Assembly (NCBI GenBank): GCA_040216915.1
Contig: JAVJOD010000001.1
Span: 42,787 to 106,786 of the forward strand
Direction of reading: 5' to 3'
Source: Cyclobacteriaceae bacterium
Lineage (GTDB): Bacteria > Bacteroidota > Bacteroidia > Cytophagales > Cyclobacteriaceae
DNA: 64,000 nucleotides
Every line of letters starts with the position of its first letter. The stretch's first letter is position 1. This document shows, one piece after another, positions 29,977 through 38,503 of this stretch. Below the pieces are notes generated by a model, which saw only the letters and a program-made list of their open reading frames with translations, searched no databases and was not told the DNA's origin. The position numbers were made by a program, and so were the translations under genes.

Positions 29977-31077
29977 CTAAACTTTCTGTGCCTCCTTATT
30001 CATGACCCGTTGCTGAACCTGGATAGACTCATGATGGACAAGTTTCAAAAGGTTGTTTATAAAGTCTTCCCCCAATCCCATGGCATTGCCCTGCGCCACA
30101 CGGGTCTGTATGATCTCTTCCCAGCGATTGACCTGAAGGATCGTCACCTTGCTGTCGCGCTTGTAGTTACCTATCTGTTCTGATATTTTCATCCTGGCGG
30201 CCATCGTATGCATGATCTGGTCATCGAGTTGGTCAATCTGTTCACGCAGTATGGTAAGTGTACTTTTGAATTCCTTATTGGCTGTGGATGGTGTTCTCAC
30301 CACAAGGTCTTCAAGAATTTTTGCAAGTGCCGAAGGAGTCACCTGCTGCTTCGCATCGCTCAGGGCCACGGAGGGCTCGATATGGCTCTCGATCATAAGT
30401 CCTGCCATATCAAGATCAATTGCCTTTTGCGAAACAAAAGGAATCAATTCGCGCTGCCCGGCAATGTGGCTCGGGTCACAAATAATGTCCAAATCAGGAA
30501 ATGTGGTCTTCAGTTCAATAGCGATATCCCACATGGGCGCATTGCGAAACGGCCCTTTTTCGAATGAAGAAAATCCACGATGGATCGCAGCCAGCTTCTT
30601 TATTCCTGCTCTATTCAATCTTTCCAAAGCTCCTATCCACAATTCTAAATCCGGGTTCACAGGATTTTTCACCAACACAGGTACATCCACCCCTTGCAGT
30701 GCGTCTGCCACCTCTTGCACTGAAAAAGGATTTACAGTAGTGCGTGCACCAACCCACAGAATGTCCACCCCAGCCTTTAAGCATTGTTCTACATGCGAGG
30801 CGTTCGCTACTTCCGTAGCTACTGGTAAGCCTGTCTCCGCTTTGGCTTGCATCAGCCACTTCAATCCGTCCTTGCCCGCGCCCTCATATTGACCGGGTCT
30901 TGTTCTGGGTTTCCAAATACCTGCGCGCAACACATTTACCTTTCCAATCGCAGCGAGTAGTTTTGCGGTGCTTACCATCTGACTTTCACTTTCTGCACTA
31001 CAGGGCCCGCTTATGATCAATGGCCTTTCCGCTTTTATCCAACTGTTCATTCCCTCTAATTGTAGTTCCTTTTTCAT
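29977..31077 (-). CDS. bifunctional 3-deoxy-7-phosphoheptulonate (DAHP) synthase / chorismate mutase
   Basis: N-terminal type I-beta DAHPS-like region (LIISGPCSAES, GARTT, ICDPSH). The C-terminal ~90 aa has an AroQ chorismate-mutase pattern (LREQID.LD..I...AARM.IS..IG..K). Confidence 0.88.
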   Translation of the reverse strand: MKKELQLEGMNSWIKAERPLIISGPCSAESESQMVSTAKLLAAIGKVNVLRAGIWKPRTRPGQYEGAGKDGLKWLMQAKAETGLPVATEVANASHVEQCLKAGVDILWVGARTTVNPFSVQEVADALQGVDVPVLVKNPVNPDLELWIGALERLNRAGIKKLAAIHRGFSSFEKGPFRNAPMWDIAIELKTTFPDLDIICDPSHIAGQRELIPFVSQKAIDLDMAGLMIESHIEPSVALSDAKQQVTPSALAKILEDLVVRTPSTANKEFKSTLTILREQIDQLDDQIMHTMAARMKISEQIGNYKRDSKVTILQVNRWEEIIQTRVAQGNAMGLGEDFINNLLKLVHHESIQVQQRVMNKEAQKV

Positions 31078-31081
31078 ATCC

Positions 31082-31978
31082 TTATTTCTCTATTAATGAT
31101 TCTACTTTATTTTCCTTTTGATCTTTTAATTCTATTCCACTAAGCACTCGTCTGATCTCATTGGCCTCCGTCATAATTCGATGTATCTCTTTAGAGTCCT
31201 TCTTCATAAGGTGATAATGAAACCTTTGTAAGTGCATGATGTACTCAAGCAGTGCCTGACTCAAGTACTCCACATTCTGCTCAAAAATTGGAGCCCACAT
31301 GTCAGGAGAACTCTTTGCCAACCTTACCGTTGATGCAAAGCCACTTCCCGCCAGGGCAAAAATGTTCTTCTCGTCCTTTTCAATATCCATTACTGTTTGG
31401 CCAAGTAAGAAAGAACTGACGTGCGAAAGATGTGACACATAGGCCACGTGCTTATCGTGTTCCACAGGCCCCATGTGAATGGTCTTTACTTGAAGTGCCT
31501 TAAAGACCTGCTCAGCTGTTGCCAGCGCCTCTTTTGAGCTCAAGTCTTGCTCGCAAACGATCATCGTCTTTTTTTCGAACAACCCATTCAATGCAGCTTC
31601 CGGTCCTGAATTTTCAGTACCGGCAATTGGATGAGCCGCAACAAATTGTCGCCTCTTCGAATGTGAAGCTATGGCCTTGCATATCGATGCTTTGGTTGAG
31701 CCAGTGTCCAACACGATTGTGTTTGGTGCTATCTGATCCATCACCGGAACAAGTATTCTTGTGATAGCACTTACTGGAATGGCTAAAATGACAAGATCTG
31801 CATCCTTTAGCGATCTATTCAATGTAGTAACCTCATCTACCAGCCCGAGTTCCATTGCCTTTCTCGCATGTCCTTCATCTTCATCCACACCAATAAGCTG
31901 TGTGGCAATTCCTGTTCTTCTCAAGTCTATTGCCATAGACCCTCCAATCAATCCCAATCCTACTACTACCGTTCTCAT
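31082..31978 (-). CDS. tyrA: prephenate dehydrogenase
   Basis: Rossmann motif VVGLGLIGGS and HPIAG, with TyrA-like length. Overlaps the upstream aminotransferase by 4 nt. Confidence 0.87.
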   Translation of the reverse strand: MRTVVVGLGLIGGSMAIDLRRTGIATQLIGVDEDEGHARKAMELGLVDEVTTLNRSLKDADLVILAIPVSAITRILVPVMDQIAPNTIVLDTGSTKASICKAIASHSKRRQFVAAHPIAGTENSGPEAALNGLFEKKTMIVCEQDLSSKEALATAEQVFKALQVKTIHMGPVEHDKHVAYVSHLSHVSSFLLGQTVMDIEKDEKNIFALAGSGFASTVRLAKSSPDMWAPIFEQNVEYLSQALLEYIMHLQRFHYHLMKKDSKEIHRIMTEANEIRRVLSGIELKDQKENKVESLIEK

Positions 31979-33174
31979 TTTTCCTTGGTTAGGTTTGATG
32001 AATCCGCTACCAACAGACTCAATTTTTCTAATCGATCAAAAGCTCTGGACAAGTTCTCTTCGGTGGCACAAAGGGAAATTCTGATGTACCTCGAACCCGC
32101 TTCTCCAAAAATGAATCCAGGCGTAATAAAAACCTTTGCTTCATAAAGCATATGATCAATCCATTCCTCTACATTTTCAATCGAGTCATTCACTTTACCC
32201 CAAACGAAAAGGCCGACTTGCTCCTTCTGGTAACTGCAATCCAAGAGATCCAAAATCTGAAATGCTTTTACTTGTCTGCTTCGATAGATATTATTGAGAT
32301 TGGTAAACCACTTCTCCCCCTGTGCCAAGGCTTGAACCGCGGCTTGTTGAATTCCCAAGAACATTCCTGAATCCATGTTGCTCTTCACGCGCAACACCGC
32401 TTCCAAAAACTCAGGCTTTCCGGCAAGCCAGCCCACGCGCCATCCCGCCATGTTGTGAGACTTACTTAGAGAGTTCAACTCAATCGCTACCTCTCCAGCC
32501 CCTTCAATCGAAAGAATGCTTGTGGGATTACCATTCAAGATCAAACTATATGGATTGTCATTCACGATTAGAAAATTATACCTTACGGCCAGGTCAATCA
32601 GGCGTTGTAGGTCCTCCACCTTCAACACGCTGCCGGTTGGCATGTGTGGACTGTTGATCCACATGATTTTTACCTTTGATAAATCTTTCTCTTCAAGCTT
32701 ATCAAAATCAATACTCCAGTTGTCCCTCTCACTTAGTTGATAAGTTTCGATCGAAGCACCAACAAGTTTTGATACGGATGCATAAGTGGGATATCCCGGA
32801 TCGGGGATTAAAACCGTCTCACCTTCGTTGACAAACGCCATTGAGATATGCATGATCCCTTCCTTAGATCCCATCAGTGGAAGTATCATCGTATCCGGGT
32901 CGAGATCGATGGAATAAGTCCTTTTGCAAAAACTTGAGATGGCCTGTCTAAAAGCGGGAATTCCCTTGTAGCTCTGATAGCCATGGCTTGAAGGTAAAGT
33001 CGCTGTGTCGGACAAGGCACTAACCGCCTCATCCGAGGGTGGAAGGTCCGGGCTTCCGATGCCCAGGTTGATTATCGGCACCTCACGGCTGTCGAGACTT
33101 CTTACTTCTTGTAATTTTTTTGAGAAGTAATACTCCTCCACCTGTTCTATTCTCTTTGCAAACGAAATCATCAT
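31975..33174 (-). CDS. class I/II pyridoxal-phosphate aminotransferase (probable aromatic/prephenate aminotransferase)
   Basis: 399 aa with the SLSKSHNMAGWRVGW motif (PLP Lys) and NDNPY. Embedded in the aromatic amino-acid operon. Confidence 0.85.
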   Translation of the reverse strand: MMISFAKRIEQVEEYYFSKKLQEVRSLDSREVPIINLGIGSPDLPPSDEAVSALSDTATLPSSHGYQSYKGIPAFRQAISSFCKRTYSIDLDPDTMILPLMGSKEGIMHISMAFVNEGETVLIPDPGYPTYASVSKLVGASIETYQLSERDNWSIDFDKLEEKDLSKVKIMWINSPHMPTGSVLKVEDLQRLIDLAVRYNFLIVNDNPYSLILNGNPTSILSIEGAGEVAIELNSLSKSHNMAGWRVGWLAGKPEFLEAVLRVKSNMDSGMFLGIQQAAVQALAQGEKWFTNLNNIYRSRQVKAFQILDLLDCSYQKEQVGLFVWGKVNDSIENVEEWIDHMLYEAKVFITPGFIFGEAGSRYIRISLCATEENLSRAFDRLEKLSLLVADSSNLTKEK

Positions 33175-34019
33175 TAAAACTTTATTGCTGCCTTTTTGTA
33201 CTCGCCCATCACATTCAGATTCTTGACCTGCCTTAGTATTTGATAAAGGGCATCATCATAACTTTTACGCCTCCGCCATTCCACATCGATGTGAATGGTA
33301 TATTCACTCGGTTTCCCTATAATCGGTACCGATTGAATTTTCGAAAGACTTATTCCCTGGTTCTTGAAAATCATCAGAGCATCCGCAAGGCTACCCACTT
33401 CGTTGGCTACCTCAAACGATAGCGAAGCTTTGTTGACCCCTTTCAGACCTTGTTCCTTTTTTGATAAAACAAGAAAACGTGTAAAGTTCTTCTTATGAGT
33501 TTCAATTCTTTTTTCTAAAACAGCCAGCCCATACTTCTTTGCGGCATATTCATTGGCAATTGCTGCGGTATCTTTCAATTTCAGCTCACCTACTTTTTTG
33601 GCAGACAAGGCGGTATCATCACTTTCTCTAATTTCTACATTCGCCAGTCGATGCAGGTAGTCACTGCACTGGCGAATGGCCATCGGATGTGACTCAATAG
33701 TTTTGATATCTTTTAACCTGACGCCTGGCAGCGCCAACAAATGCATATGAATGGGCAAGTAAACCTCTCCAAGAATTGAGAAATGATACTGCTGCAAAAG
33801 AAAATAGTTGGGAAGGATACTTCCTGCAATTGAATTTTCGATCGCCATCATCGCATAGTCAGCCTTGCCGGACTTGAGCGACTCGCACAGATCATGAAAG
33901 GTGAAGCATTCCACGGTTTGGATACCGTCTCCAAAATATTGGATCGCAGCCACTTCGTGGAAACTAGTAGCAATGCCCTGAATGGCCACCTTCTTTCTCT
34001 TTCTTTCCTTCATCTTCAA
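33174..34019 (-). CDS. pheA: prephenate dehydratase
   Basis: 281 aa with a PDT domain (AIENS..G.I), a C-terminal ACT domain (G.L...L..F....I.L.KI.S.P) and the ESHP motif. Confidence 0.9.
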   Translation of the reverse strand: MKMKERKRKKVAIQGIATSFHEVAAIQYFGDGIQTVECFTFHDLCESLKSGKADYAMMAIENSIAGSILPNYFLLQQYHFSILGEVYLPIHMHLLALPGVRLKDIKTIESHPMAIRQCSDYLHRLANVEIRESDDTALSAKKVGELKLKDTAAIANEYAAKKYGLAVLEKRIETHKKNFTRFLVLSKKEQGLKGVNKASLSFEVANEVGSLADALMIFKNQGISLSKIQSVPIIGKPSEYTIHIDVEWRRRKSYDDALYQILRQVKNLNVMGEYKKAAIKF

Positions 34020-34029
34020 AACTCGTATA

Positions 34030-34057
34030 AAACAAAAAGTCCCGGACTTCCGGGACT
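34030..34057 (-). terminator. intrinsic terminator (attenuator) in the pheA leader
   Basis: Minus strand reads AGUCCCGG-AAGU-CCGGGACU (34057->34038), followed by UUUUUGUUUUA. It ends ~18 nt before the pheA ATG. Confidence 0.65.
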
Positions 34058-34087
34058 TTCTGAGATTTCTTTGATTTTATTAACTAT

Positions 34088-34165
34088 TCAACAAAGCGAT
34101 CTTCCTTCAAGTCCCGTCCGGGTTTGAAAAAAATAATACCAGAAATAAAATCGCTTCGTATTCAT
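34088..34165 (-). CDS. candidate aromatic leader peptide MNTKRFYFWYYFFQTRTGLEGRSLC
   Basis: 25 codons, ATG to TGA, with eight consecutive Phe/Tyr/Trp codons (34127..34150). Located between no other genes and directly upstream of the terminator hairpin. Confidence 0.6.
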   Translation of the reverse strand: MNTKRFYFWYYFFQTRTGLEGRSLC

Positions 34166-34339
34166 TATTTGCAATTATCGCCACTAAGAAAATGGAAATA
34201 GTTGATTTACCCAACATCCTTTTCTTAATATTTCAAAAAAAATAGTTCTTCCTAACTTCCGTTCGCCTGTTTTAGTCACAAGACATTTATGCGGAAATGT
34301 CGTAATTTTGCAGAGACAAAAACTACAAACCAATCCGAG

Positions 34340-34786
34340 ATGAAATATCTATACAGCGTCCTTTTCTTAAGTTTTTTGATCACGTTCAGCTGCGGAAAAC
34401 CCACAGATCAGGCCGGAAATGAAGAACCAGAAGAGGAAATGGTGGAAGATCCGAATCAGGCATTGTATGAGCAGGTGATGGCCATTCACGATGAGGTGAT
34501 GCCTAAAATGGAAGATATTTATAAAATCAAATCCCAACTGCAGGAGCAAATAGCTAACACGCCTGATATGGTCGTGGAGAAGAGAGAGAAAATCGAAAAA
34601 ATGATAAAAGAACTTGACTCAGCCAACAACCTAATGATGGATTGGATGCATCAATTTAATCCACTGCCTGACAGCGTAGATGATGAACAATCTCGCGCTT
34701 ATCTCGAAGATCAAATGGAAAAAATAAGGGGAGTAAAGGACGGCATGCTATCCACCCTTGAGATGGCAAAAGATCCTATCGACTAA
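34340..34786 (+). CDS. hypothetical lipoprotein
   Basis: MKYLYSVLFLSFLITFSCGK lipobox. The ATG at 34340 is preferred over 34289. The rest is a helical acidic protein with no family recognised. Confidence 0.6.
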   Translation: MKYLYSVLFLSFLITFSCGKPTDQAGNEEPEEEMVEDPNQALYEQVMAIHDEVMPKMEDIYKIKSQLQEQIANTPDMVVEKREKIEKMIKELDSANNLMMDWMHQFNPLPDSVDDEQSRAYLEDQMEKIRGVKDGMLSTLEMAKDPID

Positions 34787-34788
34787 CT

Positions 34789-35280
34789 CTAAAGTCGCTT
34801 AGTGGCCTTATGATGGGGAAGGGATCCTTTCCCTTCTTTATTCTTCTTACTCCATTCCTTGTCAATCTTGAGATTCTCCTTCACTACTTTCCAGTAGTCC
34901 TTGCCATACTCTACAAAAATCTCTGACCTGGCAGGAATATCTTTGATGGCTTCGATGTAGCACTTTTTCTTGCCGTTGCCCACCACGTACTCAGCATTTG
35001 TTTTAATACCCTTTGCCCTGCTCAGTCCTTTTGCATCATTGGCATATCGACCTAATGCCTTTGTATAATTGAAGGCATCGATACATCGTTTGGCGTTAAT
35101 GTAAAAGACGTATCCATTCCGGTCGTCCGCCAATTTCTTAACCTCCTTCCAGGTTAAGATTTCTCCTTTGTATTCGACAATACGTGTCCCCTTTTTGATT
35201 TTTTTCTTTGTGAAGAGCCCCTTTCCTGATCCAGGTAAAGTTGACTTCTTGACATACAGCTGCTTCTCCAGTAAGGCCAT
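34789..35280 (-). CDS. SET-domain protein (putative protein-lysine methyltransferase) with Lys-rich C-terminal tail
   Basis: GSGKGLFT..I.KGT.I.EY.GE core, RYANDA (NHS-like position), EIFVEYGKDYW (post-SET-like) and a basic tail KKNKEGKGSLPHHKATKRL. Confidence 0.72.
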   Translation of the reverse strand: MALLEKQLYVKKSTLPGSGKGLFTKKKIKKGTRIVEYKGEILTWKEVKKLADDRNGYVFYINAKRCIDAFNYTKALGRYANDAKGLSRAKGIKTNAEYVVGNGKKKCYIEAIKDIPARSEIFVEYGKDYWKVVKENLKIDKEWSKKNKEGKGSLPHHKATKRL

Positions 35281-35323
35281 GATTAGTTAATGAAGTTGAA
35301 AAAATTTGCGGGCGGCAAGATGC

Positions 35324-35364
35324 AAAAAAAATACCTCTATTTGAAGGAATCGATAAGAGGTATT
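35324..35364 (-). terminator. intrinsic terminator ending the ECF sigma operon
   Basis: Minus strand reads AAUACCUCU-(17 nt)-AGAGGUAUU followed by U8 (plus-strand A-run at 35324..35331). It lies 25 nt after the stop at 35389. Confidence 0.6.
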
Positions 35365-35388
35365 GATAAATCTTAAAATAGCTGTGTC

Positions 35389-36114
35389 CTACTTCTTCCT
35401 TAGATACACATTCCCATAGTTTGAAATAAAACTGTAAGCGGGGCCCTTTCCCAAATTGACATTTAGTGAGGTGTGGAAATCCTTCTCCGCAACAAACGAA
35501 GAGCTCAATTTAGCATCAAGATTAGAATATATCTCACCGTAATTTGTTTCAGCAGAGAGCTTTCCTATCAACGCTTCACTTAATGTGGCATCAACTCCCC
35601 CATATTTGGCCACGACCACTATGGGGCCATCAAAATTGGTAACCTCAACCATTCCGTAGGTAGAAGTCACAGAGGTCTTCGTGCCGCGAGGGACCTTTAT
35701 TTGTACTAAGATATCCAAATCCACCCCATATGATACTCCACCATGAGGCTGACCATTTACTTTTTTGTACTCCTCAAACGCCTCTTTGGATGGAAACATG
35801 ATCTTCTGCTCGCCTTCCATCACGGTAATTCTTTTTGGCAGATTCTTTAGATTTTTGATACGATTTTCAATCTTGATTGTCTGCGCATTTTCTGAAATAT
35901 CCAATTCGAAGGCATCATCATTTTCGCCTTGGTTAATCAGCACTGTGCCGGTGATCTGCATTTCAGCTCGATCCCACGTTGAAATAGAGATCAGTTCAGG
36001 ATAGTCAAATTGAATTTCTATGGATTGAGATTCATTTACTTTCAGACTTTTGTTTATCTCAGTTTGCGCAAGCACATTTACAGACGCAAAGAGAATCATT
36101 AGAAGTTCTTTCAT
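35389..36114 (-). CDS. DUF4097-like putative adhesin / beta-strand repeat protein (paralog 3)
   Basis: Signal peptide. Shares a C-terminal pattern with its two neighbours (..S.YG.V......T.YG.I....-NYGNVYLRKK). Confidence 0.68.
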   Translation of the reverse strand: MKELLMILFASVNVLAQTEINKSLKVNESQSIEIQFDYPELISISTWDRAEMQITGTVLINQGENDDAFELDISENAQTIKIENRIKNLKNLPKRITVMEGEQKIMFPSKEAFEEYKKVNGQPHGGVSYGVDLDILVQIKVPRGTKTSVTSTYGMVEVTNFDGPIVVVAKYGGVDATLSEALIGKLSAETNYGEIYSNLDAKLSSSFVAEKDFHTSLNVNLGKGPAYSFISNYGNVYLRKK

Positions 36115-36120
36115 TGTATT

Positions 36121-36894
36121 TCAATTATTTTTTCTGAGATAAACATTATCGTGCTCCGATGAAAGTCTCACCTCCACTCCTCCACCATTAAGTTTTCCAG
36201 ATAGCTTATCATTGTATTTCACCACACTTCCCGTCTTGTCCATTTGTATTTCAAAATCGGGATCGATAAAAATTGTACCGTAAGAAGTACCTATATTAAG
36301 ATTTGCCTTAGTTGAAATTGGCATAGCCACATCTACATGTCCATGCGTAGACGCAATTGAAATTGAATTCTTGACGGCACCAAACACACCATCGACATCA
36401 CCATGAACAGTTCTCACTTTGACTGAACCAGTTACATTTTGCAAATGCACTTTATTGTGAACTGTGGAGACCTCAATTTCACCCTCAAGGCTACTCAACT
36501 CAAGTCCGCTGCCATAGGGAGATGAATGGGTATAGCGTATGCGCATGCCCTGCGGCACTCTAATGAGTATATTAGGCCCATCCATTTTCTTCAATTGCCT
36601 CACCTCCACCACACCGCTATTATCAATCACCGACAAGCCTATTCCTGTGTTATCTTCTAGGCCGAAATTACCAATTGCTCTGAGGCCCTCTGCTCTTTCA
36701 TCATGGCCTTTATCATGATCCCTGGAGCGAAAAACTATTTCGTTTCCTGCGTAGCCCTCGATCATGACCTTGTTTAATTCTGTAATGTCAATTGATCCCG
36801 TGCTCTTGGCCAATTTGAACTCCTGCGCCAAAGCAGCAGAGGACACCAACATCCACAACCCAAATGTCAACCATCTCATTTTCATTTTTTCCAT
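36121..36894 (-). CDS. DUF4097-like putative adhesin (paralog 2)
   Basis: Signal peptide. Aligns along its full length with 36912..37673 (AEGL.A.N.GL.DNTG.G..V, VHG.V......ST.A.L.....YG.IF..P...I, KLNGGG, VYLRK). Confidence 0.7.
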   Translation of the reverse strand: MEKMKMRWLTFGLWMLVSSAALAQEFKLAKSTGSIDITELNKVMIEGYAGNEIVFRSRDHDKGHDERAEGLRAIGNFGLEDNTGIGLSVIDNSGVVEVRQLKKMDGPNILIRVPQGMRIRYTHSSPYGSGLELSSLEGEIEVSTVHNKVHLQNVTGSVKVRTVHGDVDGVFGAVKNSISIASTHGHVDVAMPISTKANLNIGTSYGTIFIDPDFEIQMDKTGSVVKYNDKLSGKLNGGGVEVRLSSEHDNVYLRKNN

Positions 36895-36911
36895 TTTTTT
36901 GTGCTACCTAA

Positions 36912-37673
36912 CTATTTCTTACGTAAGTATATCTTCCCGTAGTTGCTACTAAGATTCAAGCTCAAAGGGCCGCCTCCATTCAATTTCCCTTGCACACGAT
37001 CGTTGTACCTTACCATGTTACCTTCACTGCTCACTTCTATTTTCAGTTCAGGAGCGACAAATATTTCGCCATACGAGCTATCCATCCTTAGATTGGCCTT
37101 GGTTGATTGAGGAATAGAAATATCAACGTACCCATAAACAGAGACGATTGAAATCGGGCTCTTTATCGTTGAACTAAAGTTGGCTTCCACATGACCATAG
37201 ACGGATTTCACTGTCATGGGACCTGTTATATTTTCCAACTCGACATTATTGTATTGAGCTGCAACTTCAATTTCATTTTGCATATCCTTAAACTTGGCTG
37301 TGCCACCGTAATGCGAGTCATGCTGAAACGAAACAATAACACCTGCAGGAACTAGTATCCTGATTCTTGGATTCCTGGTTCCTGATAGTTGGCGTACTAC
37401 AACAGTATTTTCGCTTTCAGCTACGTTGATTCCCAATCCGGTATTATCATCTAAACCGAGGGCATTCACGGCCTTCAGACCTTCTGCCCTTTTATCTCTC
37501 GACTCATTAAAATCCTCTGAGGTAAAAATAATGTCGTTGCCACTGTGACCTTCTACCAACACCTTACCCAGGTTTATCTCAAGCCGTCCGCTGTTTCTGC
37601 TCACCTTGTACTCCTGCGCAAAGGTCACCCCAGACATTGCAACCGCTCCAATCAACATTAATATCTTTTTCAT
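36912..37673 (-). CDS. DUF4097-like putative adhesin (paralog 1)
   Basis: Signal peptide. Paralogous to 36121..36894 and ends in SNYGKIYLRKK. Confidence 0.7.
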   Translation of the reverse strand: MKKILMLIGAVAMSGVTFAQEYKVSRNSGRLEINLGKVLVEGHSGNDIIFTSEDFNESRDKRAEGLKAVNALGLDDNTGLGINVAESENTVVVRQLSGTRNPRIRILVPAGVIVSFQHDSHYGGTAKFKDMQNEIEVAAQYNNVELENITGPMTVKSVYGHVEANFSSTIKSPISIVSVYGYVDISIPQSTKANLRMDSSYGEIFVAPELKIEVSSEGNMVRYNDRVQGKLNGGGPLSLNLSSNYGKIYLRKK

Positions 37674-37714
37674 TTCGTTTTTATTTTAGTTACCAAGGAT
37701 GATGTAAATGGTTA

Positions 37715-38503
37715 CTAAGAAAGTTTTAGTAATCCGGAATGCGCTTCATCTTTTACTGCCTGAATAATTGTCTCATCCTCAATTATCTTTTCAAGATCGT
37801 TGACAACGCCTTTCTCTTTCATATAGACCAAAAGTTGGATCAATTCAATTTGAACAACCGGGTCATCTTGTTTAGAAAGCGCAGCGGCCAGAACAGATCT
37901 GACTTTTGGTTCATCTATAAACTTGCTCAGCGCTTCCAGGGCCGCCAATCGCACGTTAGTATTCGGATCGGTCAACATGGTTTCTTCAAGCGCATTCACA
38001 ATTTCGTCATCTGCTTGCGAAATAGTTAGGGCAACATTAGCTCCCAGCATCCGCTGGCTGGCAGATTGATGATTACGAAGTAAGTCCATCATCATTCCTT
38101 TTGTCTCGCTCATTTCCATTTTTAGTGCTGCCAGTTCGTTAGCACTTCTATTTTTTTCGTTAAGCCAATAGCCACCCGCAAGTCCCAACATCACCAGTGC
38201 AACAGCTGCAGCGGCCTTATAGATTATCGGCCTAAATGAAATGATCTGAGAAGATTGGCTTACAACTGATTCATAACGCAAGCTATTTTCGAACATGCGC
38301 TCATGTCCAGCTTTGGGCTTCCATTCATCTGCAGCCTGCATTTTGTCCGTCACCTCTTTCAACTCCAGATACATTTGGGAAGCCTCGTTACTACTCGATA
38401 GTAATCGCTCAACCTCTTCCTTTTCTGCTTCAGATAAAGTGCCATCGATATAATCAATGATCAACGATTCTAATCTTTCCTTTTCCATGTCATTTGCTTT
38501 CAA
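37715..38503 (-). CDS. anti-sigma factor, single-pass, with extracytoplasmic HEAT-like repeats
   Basis: N-terminal anti-sigma-like helix bundle (LIIDYIDGTLSEAEKEEVE), a TM helix (AAAAVALVMLGLAGGYW) and a C-terminal HEAT pattern (DPNTNVRLAALEAL....DDPVVQIELIQLL). Overlaps the sigma gene by 14 nt. Confidence 0.7.
   Translation of the reverse strand: MKANDMEKERLESLIIDYIDGTLSEAEKEEVERLLSSSNEASQMYLELKEVTDKMQAADEWKPKAGHERMFENSLRYESVVSQSSQIISFRPIIYKAAAAVALVMLGLAGGYWLNEKNRSANELAALKMEMSETKGMMMDLLRNHQSASQRMLGANVALTISQADDEIVNALEETMLTDPNTNVRLAALEALSKFIDEPKVRSVLAAALSKQDDPVVQIELIQLLVYMKEKGVVNDLEKIIEDETIIQAVKDEAHSGLLKLS

Noticed and set aside
30212-30892. 226-aa plus-strand ORF (also 30208..30567 and 30611..30859)
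   Set aside because: It lies entirely antisense to, or within, the well-supported DAHP synthase/chorismate mutase gene, and its Ser/Ala/Cys-rich composition is typical of shadow ORFs. The same reasoning applies to the many 60-130-aa shadow ORFs inside the other large genes.
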